Program-made: the position numbers and the translations under genes
Shown here: positions 13,741-26,959 of the stretch, one piece after another
Numbering within the stretch: the stretch's first letter is position 1
Layout of the letters: each line of letters opens with the position of its first letter
DNA from: Tubiluchus corallicola
Taxonomy: Eukaryota > Animalia > Priapulida
Assembly: GCA_030141605.1 (NCBI GenBank)
Contig: JAQGDQ010000494.1
Coordinates: forward strand, 100,813-164,812
Length of the DNA stretch: 64,000 nt
Direction of reading: 5' to 3'
Notes under the pieces: generated by a model
Seen by the model: the letters and a program-made list of their open reading frames with translations, nothing else
The model's database searches: none
What the model was told of the DNA's origin: nothing

Positions 13741-14009
13741 GTTTCTCCTTCGAGTTTTAGCTTAGGGGGTTTTGCAACATATTTTTTAGTGAAAGGCTGT
13801 AATAACATTGGAATATTATATTATATCGCACACGTTTATAACTTTTGTGTAATATAAAAGTATAGCAATTAATTACTATGTTTTGACTGTGCTAAACTTG
13901 TTTATGATGCGTAGTTGCATGCCATGAGTTGGCGAAGTAAATTATAAATTATATGAACTGAAATTCGTGTGAATCAGAATGTCTAGCGTCTTGCTTCCTT
14001 CTTCAAGAC

Positions 14010-14400
14010 ATATCTCAGAACTGAACTATGGATAATCAATCATTACCTCAAAGCTCATCGCAAATCCAAAATAGATGCATTTCAAAGAAGAAACTAAATT
14101 ACAGGGACATTATATAGGAAGGAAGAAAATAACATAAGAAAATATCATCCAGGATAAAGAAGTGAAGACAGAAAAATGGCAGAACAGTTAAAACCAAAAG
14201 CAGAAAATTAAGATGGATAAGACGACTACCAGATGACTGCCCATTACGCTTAGCTTTCAGAGAAACACCGAAGAAAGAAAAAAAACCGCAAAAAGGAATG
14301 CTGCTAACTTACATTAATTTCATCCAAAAAGATCTTATCAACACATCATTAGATATGAGAAATACAGAGAGATGGGAGCTGCGGGCAGCATGGATTGAAG
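14010..14400 (+). mobile_element. Degenerate RTE-clade LINE 3' fragment
   Basis: Frameshifted peptides IDAFQRR, KLRWIRRLPDDCPLRLAFRE and TYINFIQKDL match the RTE ORF C-terminal pattern. Confidence 0.65.
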
Positions 14401-15250
14401 TGAAGCAAGCGTCATGTCAGAGGAAGTGTGACTCCAGAGATACCTGAAAACAGGCATTTCTCTTGAAATCTACCCACCTTCATTTTCGTGTAACACTGTT
14501 TTAAATCTTTATAATCGAAAGTTCAAATATTATATTTCGATTTCGTTGTTTACGTGAGCATTTATTTTTAGTTAGAAAGTAAACTCCGTTTAAGACAGAT
14601 TAATGATTTTCTTTGAAAGAAGCATTCGCCTTTACCATCTCCACCAACTGCATTGTGAGATGCGTAGAACAGCTGCACAGCCTTTCCCAATGCTGGCTGT
14701 TCTTGTGCTTCTTACCATGCAACTGACGATGCTCTTTAAGGCTAATGGTTCAATTAAGTGAAGACAGCCTTTTAAGGCGCAAGAGAATTTTCTTCAATTG
14801 AGTTTAGGGAAAACTCCATCTTGTTTTAAAGTTTTTTTTAATTTCAGAAAGTTTAGGTAATTCCAAAAAAATATGAAATTTCTCAACATATACGCTTGTA
14901 TACAGTCGCTGTTCGAATACAATGATGTATACATATATAACCAGTAAAACAGACTATTAGCAAATACTGCCAATTTTATTGCTGTGTTAATTGCTATGTG
15001 TCAATAATTAGTGTTCGCAATGCAGTGAAAATAAGACAGGGCTCTTCTGAGACTTGCCCTGGTCATAACTATAAAAGAAGTGAAAATGTCCATTGAGTCT
15101 CAAAAACTCTTTATTTTTCTCCTCCCACGTGGACTTCATAAGCTGTGCAGAGAGCTACAATAATCTAAAACGCATGCTTTATTTTAACGACACTGTAAAT
15201 TTTTATTTTATATGTAGTTTTACCTGTAATTCTTATTGTTGTATCTCTCT

Positions 15251-15655
15251 GTTAGGGGTGAGCATCGAACGTTCGAGTTCGAACGTTCGAATCGAATTCG
15301 AATGCTCGAATTCAGTTCGAACGAGTTTTTTAGTTCGAACTCGATTCGAATCCAAAACTACAGATTCGAATAATTTAGCACTTCAATCACATAATGTTCT
15401 TTATCACTAAAACGATTGAAACATCATACAATTAGCATAATTTAGCTGTGATTTCTGCACACAATTTTAAAAAAATTACTAGTCGTTGTTCGTCGTTGCA
15501 GAACAAAATCTAGTGCTATACATGATCTTTGTAAGACTAATTTTTGCTGGTGGTTCGAAAACTTGTTCGAAAATCTTTCGATCTCAATTCGAATTGGAAA
15601 CACTGAAGTTCGGTTCGATTCGAGTTCGCTTTCTGGAAGAGAATGGTCACCCCAA
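15251..15655 (+). mobile_element. TTCGAA-rich ~400-bp MITE, family A copy 1
   Basis: Termini taggggtgagca ... tggtcacccca with subterminal TTCGAA arrays. Five copies in the window. Confidence 0.8.
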
Positions 15656-15694
15656 CTCTCTGTGCAGATGATGAAGCCTACGAGGGACGACAAT

Positions 15695-16053
15695 TACGAT
15701 TGAGCATTCTGTATCAGAAAACGAAACGAATTCGAATCGAATTCGAATTGAGTTTGACAGATTTTCGAACGACTAGGAAAAAGTGGTTTTACAAAGGCAT
15801 ATGTTGCATATTACTTGATTGTGTTCTGCAGTAAAACCCCTATTAGTTTGTTAAAAATTTTGCACAGAAACTGCAACTAAATTGTGCCAATTGTATGATG
15901 TCTCAAACGTTTTAGTGATAAAGAACGTACGTGGCTGAAGTGCTGAATTATTCGAATCCATAATTTTAGGTTCGAATCGAATTCGGACTTATAAAAACTC
16001 GTTCGAATCGAATTCGAAGATTCGAGCTCGAACGTTCGATACTCACCCCTAAC
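15695..16053 (-). mobile_element. TTCGAA-rich MITE, family A copy 2 (inverted)
   Basis: Ends cgaacgttcgatactcacccctaac, the reverse complement of the start of copy 1; the interior is colinear. Confidence 0.8.
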
Positions 16054-17414
16054 GGAAATAATAAATATTTTTTTAAGACTTAATGTGCATTTTGACTTCT
16101 TAATGCCTCGTTAATTAGTGTTGTGTTTTAGTGATTTAAATGTGTAATTGGTGATTTTGTCCCTAAAATAACATCTAATAACCTTTTATGCTTTTTGTTG
16201 CTTTTTTTTCTTCAAGAAAGTGGTTCACAGTGTTGGAGACAGACACCATCTTTTCATTTCCTTAATTTAGGCTTTTTATAAATCATTCTATCAATTCCTG
16301 CCATTAATGGTGTGCGTAAAAAAACTTAATAATCGTCAAATTTTGCAACAAGGACTTCTGGAGAAATTTCACGAGACTATAAGTTTTTTGTGTCAGATTT
16401 CATATGGTACTCATTTCTGCTTAGACAAATAAGTCGTTATCAGTGTTTATCTGTGAATAACGTCCGTGCGCCTCTTCATAATAGAGTTTTTTGTGAGAAA
16501 GACCACAGAGTATTAAGAGCACAGTGTATAAGAGATAATCTCCATTGTAAGACGTCTGTATAAACTTAACATTTGGACCTGAATGTACACATAACCCAGA
16601 CCTCCTCCTAAAGCTTGTAAAAAAGAAGTAGGCTGAGTTATCGCACAGCGCCCCCTGGCTCTTCATCTAACGATCTTTTTGACGACATTTTATCCACAAG
16701 CAAAAACTTCACGAAGATGTTCTGGACAATGGTGATCTGGTTGGTCACTCATCAGTGACAAATTTGCCGATTAAAATTTTCCTTTCATCCATTTTCACTT
16801 TCACCCCCGACTAAAACCGCCTCATAAATGGGTTACTAAACAAACTCTCTCTCTCTCTCCTGCTCTATTTCACCCGGGCAGCGATTTTTTCAGCTAAGCG
16901 AAGAAATGGAGCTGAGCAGGTGACCACTGAACAGTAAAAAATGTGATGATTGCCCTAAGTGTTATATTTGCTTATTCACTAGACAGTAACACCTGCTACA
17001 CGAGGGGGAGGGGTGCGTTTGACAGGTCTTGAAAGTTTATCAGTGGGAGGTGAAAGTATGATTAGTGCACTATACCCAATTAGCAATTATTTGTGTACGG
17101 TGACATAAATTACCTGCTCTGCATTGCTTTTACGTTTCCTTTTTTCTGTTATATAATCATATACACATTATTTTATCTTGCCGAGAATTTTGTAAACAAC
17201 TGTACATTATTATCATTTTATTTAATTCGTAACTAATTACTGTGATACTTATTCATCATCTTCATTTATTTTTTTTCACTTATGCTATTGTTGTTATGTT
17301 TGTTTTTATATTTTTCTTTTTGTTATTGCTTTATTTTGATTAGTTTATTTAAGCATTTAACAATAATTGCATTCAGTGGCATCAATTCTTTTTTTCTGCT
17401 ATTACAATATTAAA

Positions 17415-17535
17415 TTATAAGGGGTGAGTGACTAGATGACCTACGGTCTTTCTTCGCCCCATCTTCACGGATAAAGTTATTTTTTGTAAAATGGAAATTT
17501 GTGACACATTTGGAGAAAATAAATGTCTATGTCTA
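17415..17535 (+). mobile_element. Probable LINE 3' end (stem-loop, aataaa and tgtcta repeat tail)
   Basis: ggggtgag...gacc tac ggtc...ttcgcccc hairpin followed by aataaa-tgtctatgtcta. Confidence 0.4.
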
Positions 17536-18257
17536 TACATATGATTACTATAAAAAAGAAAACAACTGTTATTAAAAGATTTAAGATACAAAATGTTAAA
17601 ACATGTCTCATAGGTTTCTGTTACAGCTTGTAGTCATTTTCACTGATAGATTATACAAACAAACAACGAGTTTCATAGGCATAACCAACAGAACATGAAT
17701 TCACTAATTACGTATTTATAAGGAAGCCAAATACGTAAAGAGATCCACAGCAAATGGTTGCTCTTTTTATACAAATTGTCTCAGACAAACCAAGTGGCTG
17801 CTTAGGCTAGAAGTTAGAAGTAGAAATACAAATTTACCCTCTTAGCACTGCAATGAATTGTCAATTTTGTAATTGCAAGAGTTTGTTTTGTGCTAAATCG
17901 ATAAATAAATAAACACGTAATTTATATTCAGAGAAATAAGACTCTTGTAAATAATTTTTTATTGAGAAGAGATACCGGTCTTTTGTTAACGTTGTTTTTC
18001 AAAGAGAACGAGGTTTCAGTTTTCAGAGGAACCATTTCCTATTGAGGAGAATTCTCTAGATGAAAATCCAGAGGAAAAGACTGAATTTATGAGCATCTGT
18101 TCTGTACTTACGAATGTTCAGGGTATAGCCAGAATCAGAATCAGCAGAAAACGGGTATGGCGACCAATTGGTAAACTGTCGGTATTTGGGAACATTTTAC
18201 AAAAGACCTCGAGAGTATTGACTATTGTTCATTAAAACAGTAATAAAAAAGTTTGAG

Positions 18258-18876
18258 TTGAAGCAAAACCGGACCCAATCTTTACTGTAGGTGAAAACGA
18301 CCTACTATTTAAAATATTGAAAGGACACCTGCTATTTTTTCAAAAAATGACTTACGACTTACGTGAAAGAATTATTACCACACAAACACGATTTTACGTT
18401 TTCGCCACTAGTTCTTCGCTATTACATGCATTTCGCCATTCGCTAGTTAGAATGGCACTAGCCGCTGCATTTCGGAGCTGCGTTGCACAAAAACAGGTGC
18501 TGTACCTCATAGTTCAGATGTGTTAGTTTGTGGCGAACTGCACGCGTTCGACAGCGCAGCGGTAAATTTGAAATTTGAATTTTTATCTTAAAACAGTCCT
18601 AGTTTTAGTACAACACATTGAATATCTTACAGTAGCACTGTACTTCAATTTTTGTTTTCGCAAACACATGCAGCACGCTCGTGGAATATTTTTAATGTAG
18701 AAAATTATGTTAGTTTGTGATGTCATCAATAGTTGGACTCGCCCGCCGTTAATTAAATTTTTAATCTATTGTTTAATTATAAGTTACACTTTTGCAGTAT
18801 TAATTGTGTTAAAATGTATACTTTTTATCGGACTTGAAAATGGGGTAGTACATGAAAAATCGTTGTCTTCCTTTAA
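18258..18876 (-). mobile_element. Kolobok-like family B copy 2
   Basis: Reverse complement of 10005-10620 (gcaaaaccggacccaatc ... ggggtagtacatgaaa...cctttaa). Confidence 0.7.
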
Positions 18877-19974
18877 TGTAGATTACGTAGCAGCGTTATC
18901 TTAATAGCGAAATGTTATCTGTGCATATGGACATATATTACTTACAAACTAATGAGCGGCGCCGTTTTTTAGTACAAGTCGTCCACAAGAAGGCCGTTGG
19001 TCAGTTATGGTACAACTACAACAATCTACAACATCTATAACAATCTGCACATCACTCTTGTTTGTCACAGCACCAATCTGGTAATCTGATTCTATATGTG
19101 CAGACCAATAACTCATCCTTGAGCGTCAAAAAATCGTGGGAACTGCCTCGTCGGTAATAAGCATGATTTTTCGCCGCGTTGGGCAATAATTTTTACGATT
19201 TTGGTAGGATGAGGAATGTCTTCGCGCTGTCATGATTTCACCCGGGAAATTTAATGCAGCTCTTCGATGTTTAGTGCCCCTTCATCGTTCAAACTTTATG
19301 TAAAATAATTTGAGTGTCAATATGTCCTTTAAATTTTGTCTACTCACGTCATTTCACTACATTTACGCTAAATGGGTTCTTCGTCAAAGGCGTCGGTTGC
19401 CCTTGTTATTGTGAAGACTTGCACCTTCGTCATGGATACGCCCCTGGCGACGTTTTACCTGCATTTGAAGTGGCGGTAGCCATTATGGATTTTAAATGGG
19501 CGAGCTTCCTGTCACCTCTGTCTGTGATATGTCCCGTAATGGTCATTTCTCATCAGATAAATGCCATAATAATTGGACAGGGTGATTTTGCACAAAAGTT
19601 TTCCTGTTTGAGGTGCCGACTTTATCTTCAAAGTGTTTGGCGTTTTAAAACCCTCTTCCTCCAATATACGCTTGTCAACAATGGACGGCGCTGATTATTT
19701 GTAGCTCTTAGTCCGCTAGGTGGCAGGTCTGGGGCAAGGTAGCTACTCATCGACGAATTGACTGATAAACTGACTGACAAAAACAATGTAATGCCCAGTG
19801 AATGGTTGATTTTTTTCATCCTAATCAGTTCTACCTGACGTCCGACCGACTGGCTCACTGATAAAACAAATCATTATTTCGTCTGTATTATTAAGATTTA
19901 GGATCAACTGTTTGATTGATCCATTCATTTAACACTGGATGTGTTTCTTTTTTCTTTTTCATCAGACGTCCTAA

Positions 19975-20410
19975 ACGGTAATAAAGTCACAGGATTAAAG
20001 TTACCGGGAAAAAGACGCGGGGGAAGAAGTAACCCAATCCTAATCGTATCCCTGACCCTAATCCCTAATTCTAATCCTAGCCAAAATTAATTTTGGCTTT
20101 TTTGCTGTGACAATTTCCTAGCCAAAATTGTGTTTCTTTTTTTGGAAAAATTTTTGCTAGGAAATTAGTCACAGAAAAAAAATTCACAGCAATTTTTGCT
20201 ATGGTTAGAGTTAGGGATGTCACCTTTAGGATGTCCGACCAAAAAAGAAAAAGAAACACAATTTGGCCGGGAAATTAGTCACAGGAAAAAAGTCACAATT
20301 AATTTTGGTTATGGTTAGAGATAAGGGTTAGGGATAGCGTTGCATTTGGGTTATTTCCTTTTTCCCGTGTTTTTTCTGTTGATTTTTTTCCTGCGACTTT
20401 GTTATCATTG
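19975..20410. mobile_element. Palindromic (foldback/MITE-like) element with CCCTAA/TTAGGG-like motifs
   Basis: The arm at about 19975-20140 is an imperfect reverse complement of about 20250-20410 (gccaaaattgtgtttc / gaaacacaatttggc; ccctaatccctaa / ttagagataagggttaggg). Confidence 0.6.
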
Positions 20411-22087
20411 ACTTTTTTTTACCTGGGTTCACTCCAAAAGCCATTTATGAAAAACGTTTCGATTGTTTATTTTTGGGATCGTAATGTGTACGATTATTTG
20501 TTGTTTTTAGTAAATGATAGGAGTGGTGTAGGTACCAGGGTATATACATAAACATTCTAAAACACTAAACTTAAAATCTACAGCCGAGATTGATGTACTA
20601 TCAAGGTTTTATCTAGCCATATTTTCTTTAGATACGAATAAATATTTTTCAATAGAAATATGAATAGAAATTTAAAGGTCTCCTGAAGTTTAAATGTTGA
20701 TAGACTACCTTATACTGTAACAAATCTAAGTTTTGGGTTTATAGATTCCTCTTTTAATAACTTCTAAGGTTATACGTAATTAGGAAGACCTTGTAACATC
20801 TTCTGCAAGGCAGAGGAGTGAAAGAGGAACCGAAAGAGAAGGAACGGGCAGGATTAAAGTTTCTTTAACAGAATTTTCAAGTTTATTGCCTTGCTGCAAG
20901 TGTAAGCATTTGAGGGAAATTTCCTAAATTTTGAAGAATTTCTTAAATTTCATAGTTGTATGATCTTTGAGTACTAAAAGATCGTGAAAATTCGATGTTT
21001 CTGCTAAAACTTTATTAAAAGCGCAAGTCAAATGTTGGTCGCAAAACAATTTTGATACCAAACTATGAGTTTCTATTGTTCTACGCTTTTATCATTTTGC
21101 TCTTGGTGTGCCTCCAAGCGTCTGCGTTCTGGATCAGCCCTCAAATCTCCAGAGTAAATAGCAATCAACGAAGAGAGCCCACGCTTGACTGACGTCCCTG
21201 GACTCTTAGCTCTGAGAGTCAGGCACAAATCTCTAGAGTTGTTCGTGTCCAATCCATTGCTGTAAAGTCAAACGTTGCTGCTGTTGCATTGTTGACAAAG
21301 CTCCATTGTGACGTTGACCACAATTCCTGCTCGCAGCGACCTTGTCTTTGCGGGATTTTCTCTAAGTATTAGCACAAGCTTTGGCATTATAGTTTCCATT
21401 TCCAGTATGTACAGTACTTCTCTCGCATTTCACGCTAGTATTCTGAAGTGCAAATCAAACATTTGGAAAAATCTCCTCACTTGAGCACGCGTTTAGCTGC
21501 TCTAGAGTTGAGAGTGAAACGATTTTAAAAGAGAAAATGTTTACAATAGATAAGGTCAAGTAAGGGGGTAATTTTTGTAGTTTTGACTGTGGTGTGGAAT
21601 ATTAAAATGACTAATGTGTCTAAAGTGAGGTTAATAGTTTTGGGAAGGTCTTGTGGGCTTGAGATGGAGTCAGCTCTTTAGCCTTAACTACAGTTTAATC
21701 TTGTTTTGAATGTTCCCTCGAGCAAAAGTGATTAATCGAAGAAGGACATTACAGTAGTCATGTATGTAGGCCTCATTTACTAGGAATTTTGTACTAAGTT
21801 TCTTAGTCACTAGGTATGTCTCTGATTATTGCTACGTAAGAAACGGGACGGGGTAAATTTGTCATGAATCAGCCCTACCAATCCCACAACGTGTAATCCG
21901 TGCAATGATATTTACCTGTTTGAAATGTAGAAGCTTTAAATAGCTTAGCTTTAAATACTTGCAATGAATTTTTGAATCTTGGAAGTGAAGTTTTAGCTAA
22001 ATTTGCTAATTAGGTTTTCCGGCTTTTCAGCTCATTTTTTTTGGTATTACATCGTAGCACTAATTTTAAAGTTCATATTCTGTGTCT

Positions 22088-22089
<2 letters not shown>

Positions 22090-22128
<39 letters not shown>

Positions 22129-22146
22129 CGTGCGTGCGTGTGTGTG
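22090..22146. repeat. (TG)n/(TGCG)n microsatellite
   Basis: Seen directly. Confidence 0.95.
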
Positions 22147-22867
22147 ATATATGGCCTATATGTATGTAGGACAAGATGTACATGTCGTTACTCGGCATTA
22201 ATTCTTTGTACCTACTTAGTTTTTCGGTGATTTTAATGCTACCAGAAGTAATATGGCATCGTGGCATGAAGTACGCGCCGGGAGGAATTCACTGTGCAGA
22301 TACATGCATTTGTGCACCTATCTGGTCTAACAATGAATTTATAATGTATTTCACAATAATGTTGCACTTAGCACGGAGCTGACAAGGCTTGTCAATCCTT
22401 CCTGAAGAACAAAGACTACGGACGATGATACCAAAATGCGCTTTCAAGAGACAATTTAGGAGAAGGTGCTTTTTTAACACTTTGTGTCCAAAAGCATCTA
22501 AAGACGTGAAATAATTCGGCGTCGAAGGTTGATCTTTGTTTACAAGAATCCGTGAGGAAACGACAATTATACGTTTTAGCTTTTTCGTCTTTATTGGTTC
22601 TGTTACAGATGTGTCATTCTTGCTTTCTAATGCCGTTTAAGAAGTCGGCGGGAGGTATGCGTCCTTCAAGAATTACACGCTTTTTCACTTTCGTTTGCGA
22701 GAAATTTGGGACAGATGATGAATTTTTCACTGAAATATGCGAATATTTGCGGCGCAGAGACGTTCTGTTTGCAAAAATATGTTGTTGTGATTGTTGTCGC
22801 ATCGCCTTGGGGTTTAGTATTCTCTCAAATATGCGATCATAGATTCACTATGGCTACCGTTTTACAC

Positions 22868-23055
22868 CATACTCTGTTCACTGTACAATGATTACGAATT
22901 TTTGCTGTAGACAGAGACTGTATACGAGTTTTATACATTTTTGTTGCAATAAAAAGGCAACGCTGTCGTATTATACTGTTCACTGTACAATGATTAAAAA
23001 TTTTACTGTAAATAGCCTGTATACGAGTTTTCTACATTTTTGTTACCATAAAAAT
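22868..23055. repeat. ~100-bp tandem duplication
   Basis: ctgttcactgtacaatgatta...ctgtatacgagtttt...catttttgtt occurs twice. Confidence 0.8.
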
Positions 23056-23175
23056 GGTATATGAGTTCTAGTTTGATACGTTTGCTGTTTTTATCACTTT
23101 TTATCCACCGAAATCAAAGATCAAGAACTTGATGTTCATCTGTATTCAGCTGTCTTTACTCAAGCTTTTTATTTT

Positions 23176-23194
23176 AGAGAGAGCGAGAGAAGTG

Positions 23195-23269
<75 letters not shown>

Positions 23270-23320
23270 TTGAGAGCGAGAAAGAGAAAGATTGAGAGAG
23301 AGAGAAAGGGAAGAGGAAGA
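23176..23320. repeat. (GA)n microsatellite
   Basis: Seen directly. Confidence 0.95.
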
Positions 23321-23896
23321 CAGAGCCAATTTTTTGCTAATTATTGTACAAATTTTACTTTTGGTTTGCAGCTGACGTTTTTCCGTGAAATTGCTCATAT
23401 TTTTGCAATTTATGAGCATTTTATAGTTTCGTTGCGAAATGATATCTGTGTGCACTCATGCAGCATTTCCTCGTGTTTTTATAGCGTTATAATGATACTT
23501 GTAACAACAAAACTTCTTCACATCAAGGCACAATCCTGTTGTTTTTAGAAGCGTAGTGTTAGCATAATCAAGGCACAACTCTGTTGTTTTTGGAAGTAAA
23601 GTGTTAAGATAATCCGTAGTTTAGATAACCTTCTCGATTTCAACACTTTAATTTGGTAACCGTTTAAAATTGTTTTGCTTACCTTGGTTTTGTGAGTTTA
23701 TATGTTATTGTAATGGTTACGACTGAAGATTTCCCGTTTTGCTGACTCTGCGCCTTGACCATGACTTTTTATAGAGAGTAGAAGGTGATCCAGGGTCTTT
23801 AGTTGCGCTTAACTAATGTTTCTTGGAAGATTTCATGGATGTACAATAATAAGGAGTCTTTATACTAATTACACAAGTCTTTATTACATGAATAAT

Positions 23897-24246
23897 AAGC
23901 CTTTTCACACTTTCGTTGTGCGCACGCGCAGTTGCTGTAGGTCAAAGGTTAAATGTACTGCAGCAACTACAACCGTCACGTGACATGTGGGTAAAACAAA
24001 GCTGTCTGCCACGACTTTACTTAATTATGCATTAGTCTGTACGTAGAGTGATTTACTAGCAGGATCTTGCTTGGGAACAAGAAAAAAAATGAAATAGGTA
24101 AAGTTCTAGCTATGTGTTAAAACTGTTACTATTACAACAGCATGGTCAGCAAGGCGTTGTTAAGTGTACACAAATGCACTGTCTGGTGCACTTAACCTTT
24201 GACGTTTTCACGATGATTGTCAATTGCGGGAATTGAGAAAAGGCTT
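23897..24246. mobile_element. ~350-bp MITE, PIF/Harbinger-like
   Basis: TIR aagccttttcaca ... tgagaaaaggctt with inner inverted ggtcaaaggttaa / ttaacctttgac. A second right-hand end lies at about 12525-12586 (tgtgaaaaggctta). Confidence 0.55.
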
Positions 24247-24754
24247 GTTCTTCTTGAAATTTAACCCAAACTACGGTGTGCCCTCTGGTGGCGCGTTTAC
24301 TTGCATGTCAGTAGTGGAACTACAGGAAGAGTAACACCTGCAGTTTACTAACCGTGTCGCATATACAAACATGATGACGACGACGATGATGATAATGGTG
24401 ATGACGGCGACGACGACGACGACGACGATGATGATGATGATGATGATGATGATATAGATCAAAACATCACTTGCAAGTGCAAATTTTTAGTTTTATCTGG
24501 CCTTTAGCGTACAGAAATGTTATGTCACCTAGTGTTGTGAAGGTTTTATTAACTTTCTGTTGTTCACGTACAGCACTAGCATATTTGTGTTTTACACTGT
24601 TCAAACACTTGTGTGAAGTTTGAACAGAGCTGAACTTGATGCTTTGTTACATAGATTGAGCTCACAAAGCTGCATCCAATCTTGTACTAGGTGCTTGTTG
24701 TTTAACCTTAACGTTTGAGTTGCAAAACTCTCTGTGTTTGTTTGGCACCGATTG

Positions 24755-25207
24755 TTGAAGGAAAAGTAAAGCATTTTTTCACTGGTAGTGAAGATGCATT
24801 GAAATTCTACAATGACAGTGTACACTATTATTTAAAGGAGAAGTACAGCATTTTTCCACTGGTAGTGAAGATGTATTGAAATTCTACAATTACGGTGTGC
24901 ACTATTATTTAAAGGAGAAGTACAACATTTTTCCACTGGTAGTGAAGATGCATTGAAATTCTACAATGACGGTGTACACTATTATTTAAAGGAGAAGTAC
25001 AGCATTTTTCCACTGGTAGTGAAGATGCATTGAAATTCTACAATGACGGCGTACACTATTATTTAAAGGAGAAGTACAGCATTTTTCCACTGGTAGTGAA
25101 GATGCATTGAAATTCTACAATGACGATGTACACTATTATTTAAAGGAAAAGTACAGCATTTTTCCACTGGTAGGGAAGATGCATTGAAATTCCACAATGA
25201 CGGTGTA
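24755..25207. repeat. 77-bp minisatellite, about 6 near-identical copies
   Basis: actggtag recurs at 24781, 24858, 24935, 25012, 25089 and 25166. Confidence 0.95.
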
Positions 25208-26419
25208 TTGTTTGCTACTAGGGCCCCCTGACTGTTCGAGTCAACAACTCGACAAAAAAGTAAAAAAGTCAACAACAACATTGTTTACTTCAACATACCT
25301 TGATTTTAAAACAGTGAAATTTGACAGTAATTAATCTCTTGATGGTAATCTATTGTAATAACAACAGCTGCCTATAAATCCAGATTTTTCCTTTTAGCTG
25401 TTCACCTGTGGAATTCTCTTCCGTGAAGTTGTTTCCTTTAGTGTTTCTGCCTCCCACGATTCCAGAACGCCATCAACATTTCCTGTCACCTTAATAACTA
25501 GTTGTTGTTGCACGAACTGTCTGAACATACATTCATGAATTCTCATCCTTTTCTATTCGTTTTTGAATTCCCATAGTCTTGTTTGGGGCCATTTGTTTAA
25601 AAATATTACAGTAATAATTACACATTTATAATAATGTAGTTGTTTGGAGTCAACTAGTTCATTCTGGCTTTAGGAATATAAGCCTACTACACCCGGAATT
25701 AATGTGCTGCACCCATATAAAATTTTTCTGTGTCATAACTTCATCTTTCACAACGCCCTCGTAAACAAGCCCATCTTTAAAACGGCGATTGTTGTTTTAT
25801 TATCAGCAGTTTTCTTTTTTTCTTGTTTGAGGCGTTGCTCGTAGCAGACTTTCACTAGAATATGTGTCACTTTTGCAAGGTTCACAAAACGCTGTACTTA
25901 TGCCTTCGAGCGCTGGGGCGCTGTAGTCGTGTAGGAAGACAATTAAAAATGTAACATGACAGTTGTTCGGACAAGATTTTGTCAAGAATATAGAATATAG
26001 ATGTTTTCTTTTTTCTTTTTATTCTTCTGCTTTATTTATCTGTATTCTTATTAATACGCAATGATGGTGGTTAGACATAATGCAGTCAACGGTCAATGAA
26101 AGGTCAACACCTGTATTTTTTAGAGGAAAACCGGATGATTGTGTGAACATTAGTTCAGAATAAACAATGCTCTGAATATTGAAAACTACAAAAGCTTTTT
26201 TTAAATCAAAGCTTAGATTAAGTAATAATTACCTCGGATACTTAAATTTCGTTAAACTTTCAAAGCTACGCGCGTCTCAGTGAATCTGCTAAGATTGGCT
26301 TTTTGTCACATTCGCGTAGCCGTCAAATAGAAGATGATTTTTCATATGCTGCCCAATTTTCAACTACGGTTAAAAGAGTATACATTTTAATACAATTAAT
26401 ATTGCAAACGCGTTTTTGA

Positions 26420-26959
26420 TCATTAAATTATAGATTGAAATCTTAATTACCAGCCGGCGAGCCGAACTATCACATCACAAACATGTTGACATCACAAACT
26501 AACATAATTCTCAACAGCAAAAATATTCCACGACCGTGTTGCACGTGTTTGCGAAAGTCAAAATTCAAGTACATTTCTACAGTAAGATACTCAGTGTGTT
26601 GTGCTAAAACTGTGCAAGTTTTAAGACAAAAAAATCAAATTTCAAATTTATCGCTGTGCTCACGTATGAGCTATCGAACGTGTGTAGTTAGTCACAAACT
26701 AGCACATCTGAACTGAGAGGTACAGCACCTGATTCTTGTGCAATGCCTTTCCGAAATACAGGCGCTAGTGCCCGTCAAACTAGCAAATGGTGAAATACAT
26801 GTAACAGCGAAGAACTAGTGATGTGAACGTGAAATTGTGTTTGTGTGGTAACAATTCTTTCACGTAAATCATTTTTGAAAAAAAATGTTTTCCTTTCAGT
26901 ATTTTAAAGAGTAGATTTCCTTGCCCTACAGTTAAAGATTGGGTCCGGTTTTGCTTTAA
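26420..26959 (+). mobile_element. Kolobok-like family B copy 3
   Basis: Colinear with 10110-10620 and ends gggtccggttttgctttaa. Confidence 0.7.

Noticed and set aside
15260-15370. TTCGAA arrays as heat-shock elements
   Set aside because: They contain GAAnnTTC pairs but I did not find the three correctly phased nGAAn units; better explained as MITE subterminal repeats.
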